A DNA stretch of 64,000 nucleotides from Schmidtea nova (GCA_044892505.1 CM097882.1:348564001-348628000); one strand, 5' to 3'; positions 51,050 through 64,000 are shown, counted from the stretch's first letter. Notes: generated by a model not told the origin, from the letters alone. Translations and numbers: made by a program.

Positions 51050-53211
51050 CTATCGTTATATTTACTTAATCCTAAATAGTAGCCTTAATTATTTTTTTAA
51101 TATTTTATAATGATTTTATTGGATGAAAAAATTTATTTTATTTTAATTTTTTTGTGCGAATTGAATGTTGATGGACGGTTTGTATTTTTTTATGAAAAAA
51201 GTCTCGGAAGCTAATCTTTGTAATGAATTTTTGAATCCCTCTTGTAGGATCTGGCATTTTGTTTCTTCTATAGATGGAGTTGTTTTATGTACTTTTTCCC
51301 AGTGTTCGTAATAATTACTGGTTTTGATTTTAGTATGTTCATTAAGTCGGGTGCGAAAAGTTCTATGTGTTTCTCCTATGTAAGTAGCGTCACATTTTTG
51401 ACAAGAAAGTTTATATACTATATTTTTGGAAAAGCAAAAGCATCGGGTTGTGGAACGACAAAGACATTTATGTTTGGAGATGTTGGAAATTGGTGGCTTT
51501 CGGAGTTGTGATTTTAACGGTGCGGAGGTTATGAACGTTGGACGGATGTGGATAGGCAAATCTGTTTGATTAAAAATGTTGGTGATTTTGTTGGCTGTAG
51601 TGTCATTTAGGAAAGGTAATCTTAGATATGTTGTGTGTTTGTTATTGTTATTGTGTTTCTGGCGTTTTCTATTGTTGCGTNNNNNNNNNNNNNNNNNNNN
51701 NNNNNNNNNNNNNNNNNNNNNNNNNNNNNNNNNNNNNNNNNNNNNNNNNNNNNNNNNNNNNNNNNNNNNNNNNNNNNNNNNNNNNNNNNNNNNNNNNNNN
51801 NNNNNNNNNNNNNNNNNNNNNNNNNNNNNNNNNNNNNNNNNNNNNNNNNNNNNNNNNNNNNNNNNNNNNNNNNNNNNAAATTTAATTATATATCGAAAGT
51901 TATCAATGTAAAAATATGTGGAACAGCTATTCGTAATGTTACTCACTTAATTAAAACAACAAATGCCATTCAATTCAAATAAAAATATTATCATGTCTTA
52001 CTTAGTGCGGGTAATAATAATGGTATGTGTGTGTTTTTACCTTAATTACAGGTTCCCCGGGGTATACAGATTAATGTGTTTTTTTTACGTTAGCAACAGG
52101 TTCTTCGGGGAATATACATTGATGTGTTTATTAACCCTGGCAACATCTTCCTTGGTAATTATATATTGATGTGTGTACTTACTTTAGCAATACTTGCCTT
52201 GGGGAATATATATTGGTGTGTGTATTAACCCTAGCAACATCTTACCCGGTAATTATATATATATTAATGTGTGTGCTTACCTTAGCAATACCTGCCTTGA
52301 GGAATATATTGGTGTGTGTGTGTGTTTAACCTGGCAACAGGCTCCTCAGGGAATATATATATTGATGAGTGTGCACGTTCACCTTGGCAACACCTGCATT
52401 GAGGAATATAATGATGTGTGTATTTACCCTAGCAACCGTTGCTAGTTGAAAAAACTGTGCTCGAGTCCTCACTATCCCCTACTGCAGACAATTTGAAATC
52501 ATCTGCTTGCAACGGACATGCGTTACCTGTGCAACCACTGGGTCCCACACAAGTTATCCGAGCAACAAATGATTATGATGGATATTATATCGCAGGGTGC
52601 TACAATCACTGCCGATGTTTACTGCGAACAGCTGTCCCGTCTGGTGACGGCAATACAACAAAAGCAACGCCGTCTTCTTGGTTGTGGGTTTCATCAAATT
52701 CACTATCTCCACGACAATGCACAACCCCAGTCAGCAGCCAAATCTGTGCAAAAACTTACTGACATTAGTTTTACTGTTCTGTCACATCCCTCTTACTCCC
52801 CAGACCTCGCACCATCCGATTTCTATTTGTTTTCCCCTTTGAAATCTGCGATTCGTGGAAGAGATTTCAACGGAGTTGAAGAAATTCAAGTGGTTCTGGT
52901 TTCTTGGTTGGACAGTAAACCACACAGCTTCTTCGCCGATGGAATCAGGAAACTGCCTGATCGATGTCGCCGATGTGTCCTTCATAATGGTGCCTATTTT
53001 GAAAATCTCTCTGACACAGATGATTGACATTTTTGATGTTTTGAAATTTATACATGTTTCATCGGACAAAACTTATTGGTTTATCCTATATTGTTTTTTC
53101 GTTAGCTGAATTTATTAAAATATAATAATAAGGTAAATATTTCAATCTTAAAAATATCCTGATCGCTTTTTTCTTAATATTTTCAGGAGAAGGAAAATAT
53201 TCAGAAAGAAG

Positions 53212-53900
53212 TGTTGGGTTATTATTCTGTTTAAGATCGGTTTACTGACTTGACTCCTCGTGTTCTTTAATTATCGAAATCAATGAACCCAACACAGAAC
53301 AATTTATTTAACGATCACCACAAATTACAACTTCTGTTACGTACACTTCTGATCAATTTTCGCTCTCTTCCGGATTCGGATTTGATTCTCTATTTATAAA
53401 ATATTCTCCTTACTTTGTCTCTTTTGAATTCCTCAAGATCTCTCTCTTTGTTAGTTTTCAGTAATTTTAAATACTTACTGTTTTTAACTCTGAGTTCGTC
53501 GGCTCTCAGTTCGTCCTTTTTTCCTCTGCTTTGCGCTGCCTTTTATACCTCTCACAAATAACAATTAAGTTTTATCAATAACTAAAAGTTACCCAATCTC
53601 GGACTTAATTGTTTTAATAACAGATTATTGTGATTGCGCTCGGGTAGCTATTCCTTAATTGTCCTGCGCAATCTCCCGACTTTGATCTTTCGGGTCTCTA
53701 CTGCGCTCAGGCTTTCCTCATCGCTCGAGTTTCCCATTGCCTCGGGCTTCCCATTGCCTCGGGTTTCCCATTGAGCGATTAATTAATTTTAATTAGTTTG
53801 TTTTTATTAAATAACTTTCTCTGGGGACCCCTTACTAAATTTCTATTATTAATTTTGGGTTCGTCTTTTGATTTGGCATTCAACCATACCCATTTCCCCC
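53212..53900 (-). mobile_element. Truncated LTR of the TGTTGGG family
   Basis: Starts TGTTGGGTT; three CTCGG(G/A)(C/T)TTCCCATTG repeats at ~53725-53772; the other end was not found. Confidence 0.6.
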
Positions 53901-55214
53901 AATGAATTTTAATTTTAAATTTTTGATAAATTTAAATTAATTTTTGCACTTTTATTTTGATATTCTTGTTACTTTTCTCTATAAAATCAACTTTTTAATG
54001 TTCTAAGATTATTATTTAAATTTTTATCGACGAAATATCCCCAAATTTGTAACTTTTATAAATACGTAAATTTAAATCTTTTAAATTTATTTTCACAATT
54101 AAAATTATACATGTCATTACATGCATTTCGAAATTTTAAAAATTTTCACACATCATTTATATATTTTTACGTAAATTGACAATGTCGTACTGTAATTGAG
54201 ATTTTTAATATTTAATAAAACAATTTCAGTCATTAGTCCACTTTCTGACAATTGCTTCATAAATTAATAATAATATTAATAATAACCAAAATTAAACGTG
54301 AAAAAAATTGATAAAATTTATTGCTAAAAATATATGCATCATAAAAAATCTAGTTCTAGAAAATAAATTAAATCAAAAGAAAAAATAGCGGTGTAAAATG
54401 ATGAAATTTGAAATTTTATTTACGAATTCCATTCTGCCTGCATTGTACTTCGGAAGATTTAAATTAAATTTTCTTTCCCGCTTTTGAAAATTTTAATAAA
54501 ATATATTTCATTCTCAAGCAAGTTANNNNNNNNNNNNNNNNNNNNNNNNNNNNNNNNNNNNNNNNNNNNNNNNNNNNNNNNNNNNNNNNNNNNNNNNNNN
54601 NNNNNNNNNNNNNNNNNNNNNNNNNNNNNNNNNNNNNNNNNNNNNNNNNNNNNNNNNNNNNNNNNCAAATGACTTATGATGCATAAAGTTGAATTTTTAT
54701 TGATGGAAAAAGAAAATTTTCTTTAACCTCGACATAAAATTAGCTTGCTAGTTATTTTGAAAAAAAAATATGTGATATGATTTATCGAGTTATACTTTAT
54801 AGACTGAACTGTCACTGTTACTAATTCTATTTAACATATAAATGAAATACTATTTGAACTAATTAAACTATTTTTTAAAATCTTATTGCTGTTCGTTAGT
54901 TTATTTTTAAAATTTGACGATCATCAAGGGATAGCAGGTGTATTGTGTTATGACTTATTTTGTGTATGGGCGGGTATATATAGTATAAACAATGTCGAGT
55001 GTGACTTGTGTTATTATGTTTGTTGAAGATGATTGTAGATCTGAGCTGAGTTTCCTGTTAAAAGTGTGTAGATTCGCCTGTTGAGTGTATATTTTTGTCT
55101 AAAAAATTAAAATAATTAAAAAATTTATAAAAAGAAACTAATTAAAATCTTGATTCTTCATCATCGCTAATCTTGTATTGATTTCATTTATTTACTTTTT
55201 AAGACAATATTTAT

Positions 55215-55445
55215 TCCCAGAGGCAGATGTTGGTAAAGTAAAGACATATTGTGTAATTTCCGTGACTAATGTTGGTAACGTCAAAACACATGACAATAAT
55301 TATTACCTGTACCAAGTAACACACACGATAACATGTTTTTTATTTAATTGAATGACATTTTTGTTTTAATTGAGTGACTAACATTTCAAATAGTTGTTCC
55401 ATATATTTTTAACTGATAACTTTCGATATATTTTATAATTTTAGT
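55215..55445 (+). repeat. Diverged fragment of the inner TIR of the 48717-52483 element
   Basis: ATTGAATG.CATTTTT..TTTAATT.AGTGACTAACATT...ATAG.TGTTCCA matches 49220-49300. Confidence 0.75.
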
Positions 55446-56599
55446 AAAATAAGCTTCAGAATAATGAATGTAAGAACGATGAAAACGAATGAAATGAATG
55501 CGAGAATTGTGAGAGTATTTAAAAGATATAAAGGTTATTCAACAGAGGGGAACTGCAAGAAATTTATTATAATATTCAAAATATTATTATGATTAAAATA
55601 ATTATTATGATTTGTAAACAAAAATAATTATTTTTACATTAAATAACAAACGATTGAATTAAGTCATAAAAATATTACATTAATAAGGTTGATAAAACCT
55701 AAACGATAAAACCGAACTGAGTCAAATCTTAACAAAACATAAAATTTCTGAAAATGACTAAAAATATTAAACTAAAGAAATATAAAACTAAATACAATGA
55801 AACCAGTTACTTTGAACAAATTTTATTCATTACAAATCTAAATCTGAGATATAATTTGAATTGAGTGGTGGATCTGGATCTGGAAAGCTAACATGATCTT
55901 TTGATTGGTCTATAAATGAGTCACATCCCTTATAATGTCCATTAGCAAGACTTTTATTTTTCCTTACCTAAAGCCTTTTGTCGTCCAGGTTGGTTAGTGC
56001 TATTTTCAAATTTGTGTGTGTAAACCAACTTTAGTGGAAATATAGCGAATGTGTAAACGAACATTAGCTTGACTTTTAAGTGTGTATAGTCAAATTTTGA
56101 CGAAAATTTAGTGTGTTTAACAAAGTAGTTTACAAATATTTTGTTTAAATAAAATTTGGCAAGGATTTCAAAATAACCTTTATTTTCAATTGCTTGAAGG
56201 GGATTTTGAAAATGGTGTAGTAAAATCTTAATAAATATTTAATTAAAATTTGACACATTGCTTTAAGTAGCAGTACTTTTTAGTTTTATATTAACACAGG
56301 TCAATAAAATCTTTTGTTTAAATAATACTAAAAAGTCGCTTTTAAATCACTAATAAATAAACATACAAAAAATAATTATTAACAATATTCATCAGTATCC
56401 AGATTACAAAAATATTATAAATTTCATTTAAAATTTAATAAATAACTAATACAATTTTGTGATAATATTTATTAAACATAAGTAATTTCATCACAAATTA
56501 TCCTCTTCTTATATTGCTTTCATTTTCTCATCGCAATAATGCCCATATGCATGACTTTTATTCTTTTCAAGCCAATTTATAAGAAAATAAATTTTACTT

Positions 56600-57300
56600 T
56601 TACATTGTTAATGTGAAAAGTCATTATGTCTATTATATCATCAAAGAAAATCAATTATTGACAACAAAACACGTGCGCGGTGCGCAAAAACACATCAATT
56701 TGAATTTTCATTTCGACCATCTTATAAAGAATCAAAGTCTGTCTATACATTGTTACAGCGAGAAAAAAGAATAACCTCAATTTGATTCTCAAAATAAAAA
56801 TTGGTATACTATCTGGAGCTAGATAAATATCGAGCACAATTCGGTTGCGAAATAAATATTGTTGCTGGAGATACCGATATTGTTTACTTAGAATGTAAAA
56901 ATGTTAAAAAGATACATTATTATTGGCAATAGTTAATGACAATCTCTTGGACACTTCTAATTATCCTTCGGAGGATCCACTATTTTCCAGGAAATTTGAT
57001 TCATTTATCGGAAAGTTCAAGGATAAAAGCAAAGGCGATGGATATAACTAATGAGTCTTAAGAACAAAATGTTACAGTTTCTTAGGGGGACGTGTGAACT
57101 TAAAAGCTAAAGAAATAACATTGAATGGTACTGACATCAAACATTAGTCGTACTTGGATTGTTATAATATCAAGAAAAGGTTTATCATACCACTATTTCG
57201 AATTGGTACACAAATCATCAATTATGTAGTTTCCAGCAGTTGTATAATGCTTTAACAAATGCTGATGATAAAAGAAAATATATTGAAAAGAAAAAAATTC
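56600..57300 (+). mobile_element. Polinton-type PolB remnant
   Basis: IVAGDTD, LLDTSNYPSEDPLFSRKFDSFIGKFKDK, LRTKCYS, NALTNADDKR. Confidence 0.8.
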
Positions 57301-57344
57301 AATAATATTGGCACTATTGCAATGAGAAATGAAATACAAAAGTG

Positions 57345-57480
57345 TATGAAATACACATTTGATAAAGGCTGTACCGAAATATTACACACTTGTTTAAATA
57401 AATATTTTGATTTTTAGTCATAATATTATGGAAATTATTTATATAAATAAAAAGAGATCAAAGGTGAAACAAAAAGATTA
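57345..57480 (+). mobile_element. Solo decayed Penelope family-B tail with a degenerate hammerhead
   Basis: TTGATAAAGGCTGTACCGAAATATT at 57359 and downstream AGATCAAAGGTGAAA match 50727-50835; stem I is broken. Confidence 0.7.
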
Positions 57481-57529
57481 TTGTTGCTGGGATATATGGG
57501 TGTGTTTATAAAAATTATTAACTATTTCT

Positions 57530-58090
57530 AGGGATCATACAACCGGTACCGCAACATAAATATTAACTATCTTACCCATGTATCCATAGTTACTCCTCGG
57601 TAAGCTATGTTGGTAATGTACACGCTGACGAGAATCCAGTGAGCAGGTGAGCTTCGTTGCCGAAACTATTCCTCAATGTATCCTCTCTTTTGGGTTATTG
57701 CTGCTAATAAAAGGTCTTACGCGTCTAGCTACTCTCTTTTTCCAAAGGTCCTTTAAATTTATCAACTCTTAATTTCTTATATCCCCTACGCTATCTAATT
57801 GCAAAAAAGTCTTTACCTCTTTATCTTAAACATAACTTAACCACCCCTATATTCCACTTTTTCCTTTGTCTTCCTATATAATTTATTGAGACAATGGTGC
57901 GGAAGAACCAGTTGTTCGGTCCAAACAGTACCTAACAATCGAAGACTCGTGACTGATGAGTCAACAGATTGAAATCAGTTTAATTGGGACAAATCAAATG
58001 AACAGTAGCAAAACAAAACAAATTTATGGTTAAATTAAAATATTTATTATTAATTACAAATTACATAAAATGCAGTTACAAATAAAAGTA
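57530..58090 (-). repeat. Inverted copy of the 33930-34510 repeat
   Basis: Reverse-complement similarity over ~550 bp. Confidence 0.75.
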
Positions 58091-58683
58091 GGTAGCTATG
58101 AGCGGTCTGGATCCGTATGAGTTATCGCGCGTTTTTTGATAAGATTTTTAATGCGTTTTGTTTGAAATCTTTGAAATCTTTGATTATTTTTTATTGTTAA
58201 ATTATTTATTTTTTATTATTTTTTTATTTAAATTGTATTTATTTATTTATTTATTAATTATTTTTTTAATTAGTTATTTATTTTTTTATTTTTTTAATAT
58301 TATTAATTTACTTTTGCTAGTATAATTTATTACTATTATTATCATTTTTGAGCAACTTCAATGATAAACGTTCAATGAAAATACTACTCAAAATATTATA
58401 CACATATAACAAAATGAGACGACTATGCACAACAACAACAAAATTAATTACATGATCAAATACAACAAATATTAAACTAAATATTTATTACTTATTTTAT
58501 TTATTACTTATTTTATTTACTTACTTATTTACTTTACTTTACTTATTTATTCTACGATGTAACCATAGTTTCGAAAAATTAGTACTCAAATTATAAAAAC
58601 ATACTGAAATTAATATGTGCTATATAAAACGAATAATTAAATAAATAAAAAACAATAAAAACTAAATTTTTCAACAAATTCTT

Positions 58684-59941
58684 TTAAATAAAACTGTCGT
58701 CATGAATATCTTCAGTTGGATCTTGAAATTGTTGATCTGCATTGATTCTTGGATCAGTATGTTGAAATATAACCAAGTCACCCTCTCTATAATGGCGATA
58801 TGCCCAACTTTTATTTTTTGCTACCCATTTCCTTTTATCATCTGCGTTGGTCAGTGCAGTCTTTTCATTTTTAATGGTGAATATTTGATGATTTTTACTT
58901 GTTATTCTGGTTTGGGGAACAGAAATATTTTGGTTGTTATTAAAACAATCCAGGTACGACTGATGCTTTATGTCAGTACCCTTCAATGTTACCCCATTTA
59001 GCTTTTTAAGTTTCGTCGTCATCTAAAAGACTGTAACATTTAGGTCTGAGAAACACCAACTTCTTATACTTAAGCCTTTTGTTCTCGTCTTAGAACTTGC
59101 CAATGACAGAATTAAGGTTCCTACTGTATAAATGGTGATTTGGATCATAATTGGAAGTGTCAAGCAAGTTATTTCTTATCATGACCGGTAAAAGAATATC
59201 AAGCCTAAAATTTCTTATATCAAAAAAGAATGAATCGGTGTCACCAGCATCGATGTTAATTTCACAGTTGAATTCGTTACGATATTTTTGTAACTCTTCA
59301 TACTGGATCTGGTACATTCTAAGTTCAGATAGATCCACTAGAGTTTGACCAATGTAGCTCGGCCTATCCAAACACACCGATTCCTGATTCAGCAAGACTG
59401 CAACCAAGTATTTGTCAATTTAGAATGTTATTTTGAAAGTTGTTTTAGAAGTATATGTAATCAACTTAGAAGCTGAATTACATAATCTTAAATTTATGCC
59501 CTTTTAAATTTTTTCTACGGTTTTACCGTAAAGAATATTATTTACTAATTTGTAATAGTTGTTACCAAGAGCATTACTTGATTCTGCTCTAATTTTGGTA
59601 TTGATATCGAAGTAATCCTTCAAAATACATGCTTGTTAAAATTTAAATGCCCAATGGAATGAAGAACATAGTTCTTCTTGGGAAAATGCGAAAGCATCAA
59701 CTTCTCAACATTTGAGCCAGATGGACACATCTTTTCAGCGGCAACTGGAAAATCATCCAGCTTGTCCTGAATAAAATCAGGAATTTCTAAATCGACATCT
59801 AATGTAACCCTTAATGTTATTGCTTCTAAATCAGCAGATTCACAGTAATAAATAATTTTATTTAATTTTTCCCTATCAGTTACCCATTTAAATTCTTTAT
59901 AATGAAGTGTTTGGCTAAGAACCCACCCATATAAATTATTT

Positions 59942-59995
<54 letters not shown>

Positions 59996-61560
59996 CTCTT
60001 CCATATAAATTCAAAAACATTTCACTTGTAGTAGAAATAAAACTTATATTCAAACTTGGAAACTTATTTAAACCATATTTGAGGATATGATGTAAATCAT
60101 ATCAGCGTAAATTATGAAAAATTACGGGCATGATGATGCATTTAGAGCAAGCTGCTCCCAAATAATTACCCGTATAATGTTCATGATCTTTAACCGGATT
60201 CTTCAAAGATTTATTACACAAATAACTAATTGCAGAACTACGAAACGATCTAATTTTTGCACGAGAAAAATATTTCATTTTCTTTTTGGAATTATTTATA
60301 AAGTAAGTTAAACTACTTTTTCTCCTATATCATTGATTTCAGTCAAAAACTCTTCTACACAGTTAAGACCATAAAAGCTTTTATATAATTTTCGCCGGTA
60401 AAGTTATTAATTATCAGTAAACCAGCAGAAATATGCAAATGACATTGAAAATACTTATCGTCCTTGAGTAAAACATCCTCAAAATTGGCATTTACGACGA
60501 AAAGGGGAGTAACAATCTTTGACTAATCTTTAAATTCCAAGTTCTTATCTGAAGGTAAAGTGTACAAAGTTGTACCTAATTGGTATTTTGTGCATAAAGC
60601 CTGATGTTTCTCAAAAGCTTCAGTCAATCTAAAACCATTCAAATAACGCTCGCACAAAATGCTCTGAACCCTAACATCAGTTACAGAAAGAGTGTCACTA
60701 TTTAAAAGTCTATTTAGATTAGTAACTGCGATATAATGAAACGAGTCATTTTCTTCTAACAAAATCAAATTAATTTGAGTGCCACCTACAACCTTTGACC
60801 TATGAATAATATCTACAAATGATTGTTTAAATACTTCATTCTTTTCATAATAATCAATTAAATTGCTTTCATCATACGAAAGGATATTTATTGCCAAGTC
60901 GGGGTTTTTCACTTCAAATTTAGAAATATTGCATAATTTCATCGGAAGATCAGAAGGATCAAAAACAAGGTCTGAAATACTATAATTATTATAATAATAA
61001 TTTCACCGCATCATATTTTAAAATAGCCAAAATCCTATATATAAAACACAAGTTATCGGTATTTTTTACATTGACAGTGCAATGTTTTGAATTTATTGAT
61101 AGTGGGGTTGAAAAATAACCTTGAACACTCAATCGACTTATTTGTGAATATTAAGTTTAAATCTTATTTCTTTAATTTTGTTACTTCACCGATTGCTACC
61201 ATTTTCGCAGACTTTAGTAATTTTTTCACTTAATAGAGCAATACTTTCATCTAAAATGTTATCAGTCATGAGTTTTGCGGAATTTGATATTATAAAAGAT
61301 TGGAATTGTCAATCCTTTTCAAATTCTACATCAATGCAGAATTGTACTTTTACATATCCCATTTCAGAAATAATTGAATTAAATATTTTTAATAAAGGCG
61401 AAGGGATAATTAATTAATTTAAATTTAAAGAATTCACATCCATTTTAACAGTGGTGTGTGATTTTTTTCAAATTATATTTAACCGAGGGTTCAACATAGC
61501 CGCCATATTGGACAACATATAAATTAGGAATAACTAAAACATTGTCATTTGATGAATGAA
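58684..61560 (-). pseudogene. Polinton/Maverick protein-primed PolB, largely complete but disrupted; (TA)n inserted at ~59949-59991
   Basis: INLILLEE..HYIAVTNLNRLL..CERYLNGF..HQALC; KDHEHYTGNYLGAACSKC (endonuclease VII-like); NNLYGW; DRPSYIGQTLVDLSELRMY; AGDTDS; LLDTSNY; ALTNADDKRK. Confidence 0.92.
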
Positions 61561-62187
61561 CATTTTCATCATTGAATATTACAATTATTTTAAATAGTCT
61601 AGGACAAACGTTGACAGTTAGGTGTTTACTTTTATTAATTAATGCACAAAGACTTTTCTTAGTATATAAAATTTGATATATATGGAAATAACGTTTGGGA
61701 AAAAAATCAATTTATGTTATATGTTGGGCACTATTACAAGTGGGACATAAAAAGAAGGTGACTTGGTTATTTATAAGACGATAGTATCGTTCCATAAATT
61801 TGTGGCTATCGTTATGATTTGACGGATTACAATTATTCGGATAAAAATTACCGTAATTATGAAAAATCTTTAAATTTATCCAAAAGCATTAAAAATAAAA
61901 ATAAATTATTAAAAAATACGACTTAACAAAAAATAAATATGAAATTTAAAATAAATATTAGTTAAATATATTAATTACATAAAATTGTTTTAATTTAAAT
62001 TTAATATAAAAATTATTACAAATTAATATTAAATTAATTTGTTTAGATTAATTCTTTGCGAAAGGGAAAGATTATTTAAGTTATTACAAAATATTATCAA
62101 AATTATATATTTACAAATATTTTACTAAATTTATTTACTAAATTAATTAAAAGTTTATCAAATTAATTGAAATTAATCAATACTTAC

Positions 62188-62475
62188 ATTGAATATTCAA
62201 CGATGCATTAGGTATAATTTCATCAATCATAATATTTTCGTCACTATCAATCTTTATTTGGTCGTGACTTTGATCATTCACATTTACATCACCTAAAATA
62301 AAAGCTAATTTATATACCATTTTCTTCCACATTTTCTAAAATCGATTCCCCAATCGAATTATTGATATTAATATTACCTAAATTAATACTAAATGATGAT
62401 AAATTAAAAAATTAATTTACCATTCTCTTTGTCACTTGGTTTTTCATTCATAAAACTAGTTGTTATAGTGTTCAT
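62188..62475 (-). CDS. Three small in-frame exons of an acidic/Asn-rich unknown protein joined by 43-nt and 25-nt phase-1 introns
   Basis: Exons 62475-62421, 62377-62318 (60 nt) and 62292-62188 (105 nt); GT..AG at each junction and a next donor GTAAGT; the unspliced frame has stops. Confidence 0.4.
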
Positions 62476-64000
62476 TTTAATTTTTTATATTTGTTAAAGT
62501 GAATAATAAATGAAAGATTATTATTTATATATCAAAGTTATTACACACGCATAACATTTGACCAATCAAAATAGAGAAAGTTGTAGGAAATTTATTATTA
62601 TCAGCAAATCAAATTCAAGAAATGGGTAGAGAATTATGACTAAATATGTATTACGTTGCAGTATTTTAAAAAACTAAATAATTTTTTAAAAGACGATTTG
62701 ACGCTTTTATTTAGTTAACATCATATTATTTCACCAAATTATAATTTATATCAAAGTTATAAAATATTTCAATAAATTCTATGAACATCATATTATTACA
62801 ATAAATTAGATCAAATATTTGAATGAATTACATCTAAATTAAACTACATTACAGTAACTACGTCAGTTATAAAAATTATTGTAATTAATTTTGATAAAAT
62901 ACATTAGAATTGTCAATAACACACACACATTGTCAATAGAGAGAGATAGTATGCGATAGAAAATTAAATTCTATCTATAGATGATTACATTAAATATTCA
63001 ATATATCTATGCTAAATAGCCGAAAAATTCAGTATTTTAATATAAGACGAGTGTGCAACATGAAAAAAATCTCAACTTTTAAAATTTGAATCAAATCATC
63101 CAAAGGAATTTAAATTTTATCTTTTCTTTATTACTATAAAAACTCAATACAATTATTTTAAATAGGTTAAATGGTTAAATATACAAATTTGATTACAAAA
63201 CACGAGTGAATTACAAGCCAACTTACCAACTTACTAACTTTCAATCAAGCCATTTAATAGGAATATAAATTTTATACGTACAATATTATAATGGAAACTT
63301 AACAAAATTATTTTATTTTGATGAAAAATGCAAAATTAATTTCAAAACATGTGTGTAACATGAAAACGGCAACTTTTAAATTTTTAATCAAGTCATTTTA
63401 TAGAAAATTAAATTTTATACATACAATGAAAACTCAATAAAATTACTTTTTATAGCTTAAAAACGCAAAGATTAATAACAAAACATGTGTACATCACAAA
63501 ATACGACCTTTGCTGGTCACAGTCGGCTGATAGTTTGAGTTGAAGTTGACGTCCCTCGCTCTACTAGCCGACAATGGGTTGGACATTTTTTATTCTAGTT
63601 AGTCTCAAACTGACTCATATTAAATTATCTGTGACAATGGGTTGGACGTTTGGCCTTATTGATTAGTCTCCAACTGACTCCTGTTTAATTATCTATCTAT
63701 TTACTGTTAATATTGACCGATCTATTCCTGGGCCGCTATTTTATTGATAATTGTATTTGCTTAATCTCAGCTGAGCTTTCGTCAATTTCTTTTAAATTCA
63801 AGAGAGCTAATTATGCACCTTTATTCGCTCTTACTTCTACGGCGTCGTTTTATTCTGATTTTGGTTGTTTTCGTTTCTCGTGCTATATCCTTTTATCGTT
63901 AATTAATCGTTATTCTTACTAGCTAGCTTTTACTTCACTTTATCTATTCGTTTCGTTTACATGGTTCGTTTTATCACTCGTTTTATCACTCGTTTTTTTG

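Larger units (their letters stand above)
50390..51680 (-). mobile_element. Penelope-like element (family B): GIY-YIG 3' end plus an inverted duplicate of its tail across (ATT)21
   Basis: KNIVYKLSCQKCDATYIGETHRTFRTRLNEH..RLASETFFIKKYKPSIN; 50390-50850 mirrors 50914-51390. Confidence 0.92.
48717..52483. mobile_element. Non-autonomous TIR element with >=600-bp TIRs, AGTAG...CTACT ends and a 6-bp TSD (GCAGAC); Polinton-like hallmarks
   Basis: GCAGAC at 48711-48716 and 52484-52489; 48717-49319 is the near-identical reverse complement of 51878-52483; the TIRs contain ~9 tandem 45-51-bp subrepeats. Confidence 0.85.
47900..53088 (+). mobile_element. Mariner split by a nested insertion, with a 278-bp internal tandem duplication and a central deletion
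   Basis: TIRs CAGGGTAAACCAATAAGTTTT / AAAACTTATTGGTTTATCCTA with TA flanks. The reading frame GVCQQT|I*NHLL..WVPHKLS rejoins across 48716/52490; HDNAQ and YSPDLAPSD are present. Confidence 0.93.

Noticed and set aside
57945-57985. CTGATGAG...GAAA resembling a hammerhead core
   Set aside because: Stem II is out of register with GAAA, there are no stems I/III, and the homologous copy at ~34080 lacks the core
62990-63500. Diverged ~300-bp direct repeat and a GACAATGGGTTGGAC doublet at ~63570/63635
   Set aside because: Too degenerate or incomplete at the window edge to assign; likely the end of an unidentified repeat

Overview
Very AT-rich eukaryotic (probably invertebrate animal) genomic DNA with three assembly gaps (32628-32875, 51681-51877, 54526-54665). 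No intact, recognisable host gene is present; the window is a graveyard of nested mobile elements. It holds Gypsy/Ty3 LTR retrotransposons, two mariners, several hAT remnants, Penelope-like (GIY-YIG) fragments, four Polinton/Maverick-type protein-primed PolB remnants and a virus-like island of small ORFs. The strongest unexpected signal is a CsRn1-like Gypsy element (13278-18686) whose Gag starts with a ubiquitin-like domain ending in RARGG (14034-14246), directly fused to the capsid region. Other notable items: a two-repeat TBP-like pseudogene hidden by a stop and a frameshift (620-1085); a Gypsy 3' end with two splice-acceptor-led accessory ORFs, one with an Arg-rich motif plus a Rev-spaced NES-like motif (25824-27069); minimal hammerhead ribozymes with a U3-A8 covariation in a Penelope tail; a non-autonomous AGTAG-ended element with a 6-bp TSD nested in a mariner; and a dense AP-1/EGR motif cluster. 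All family assignments come from motif recognition by eye, not database searches. Boundaries of decayed remnants are approximate.
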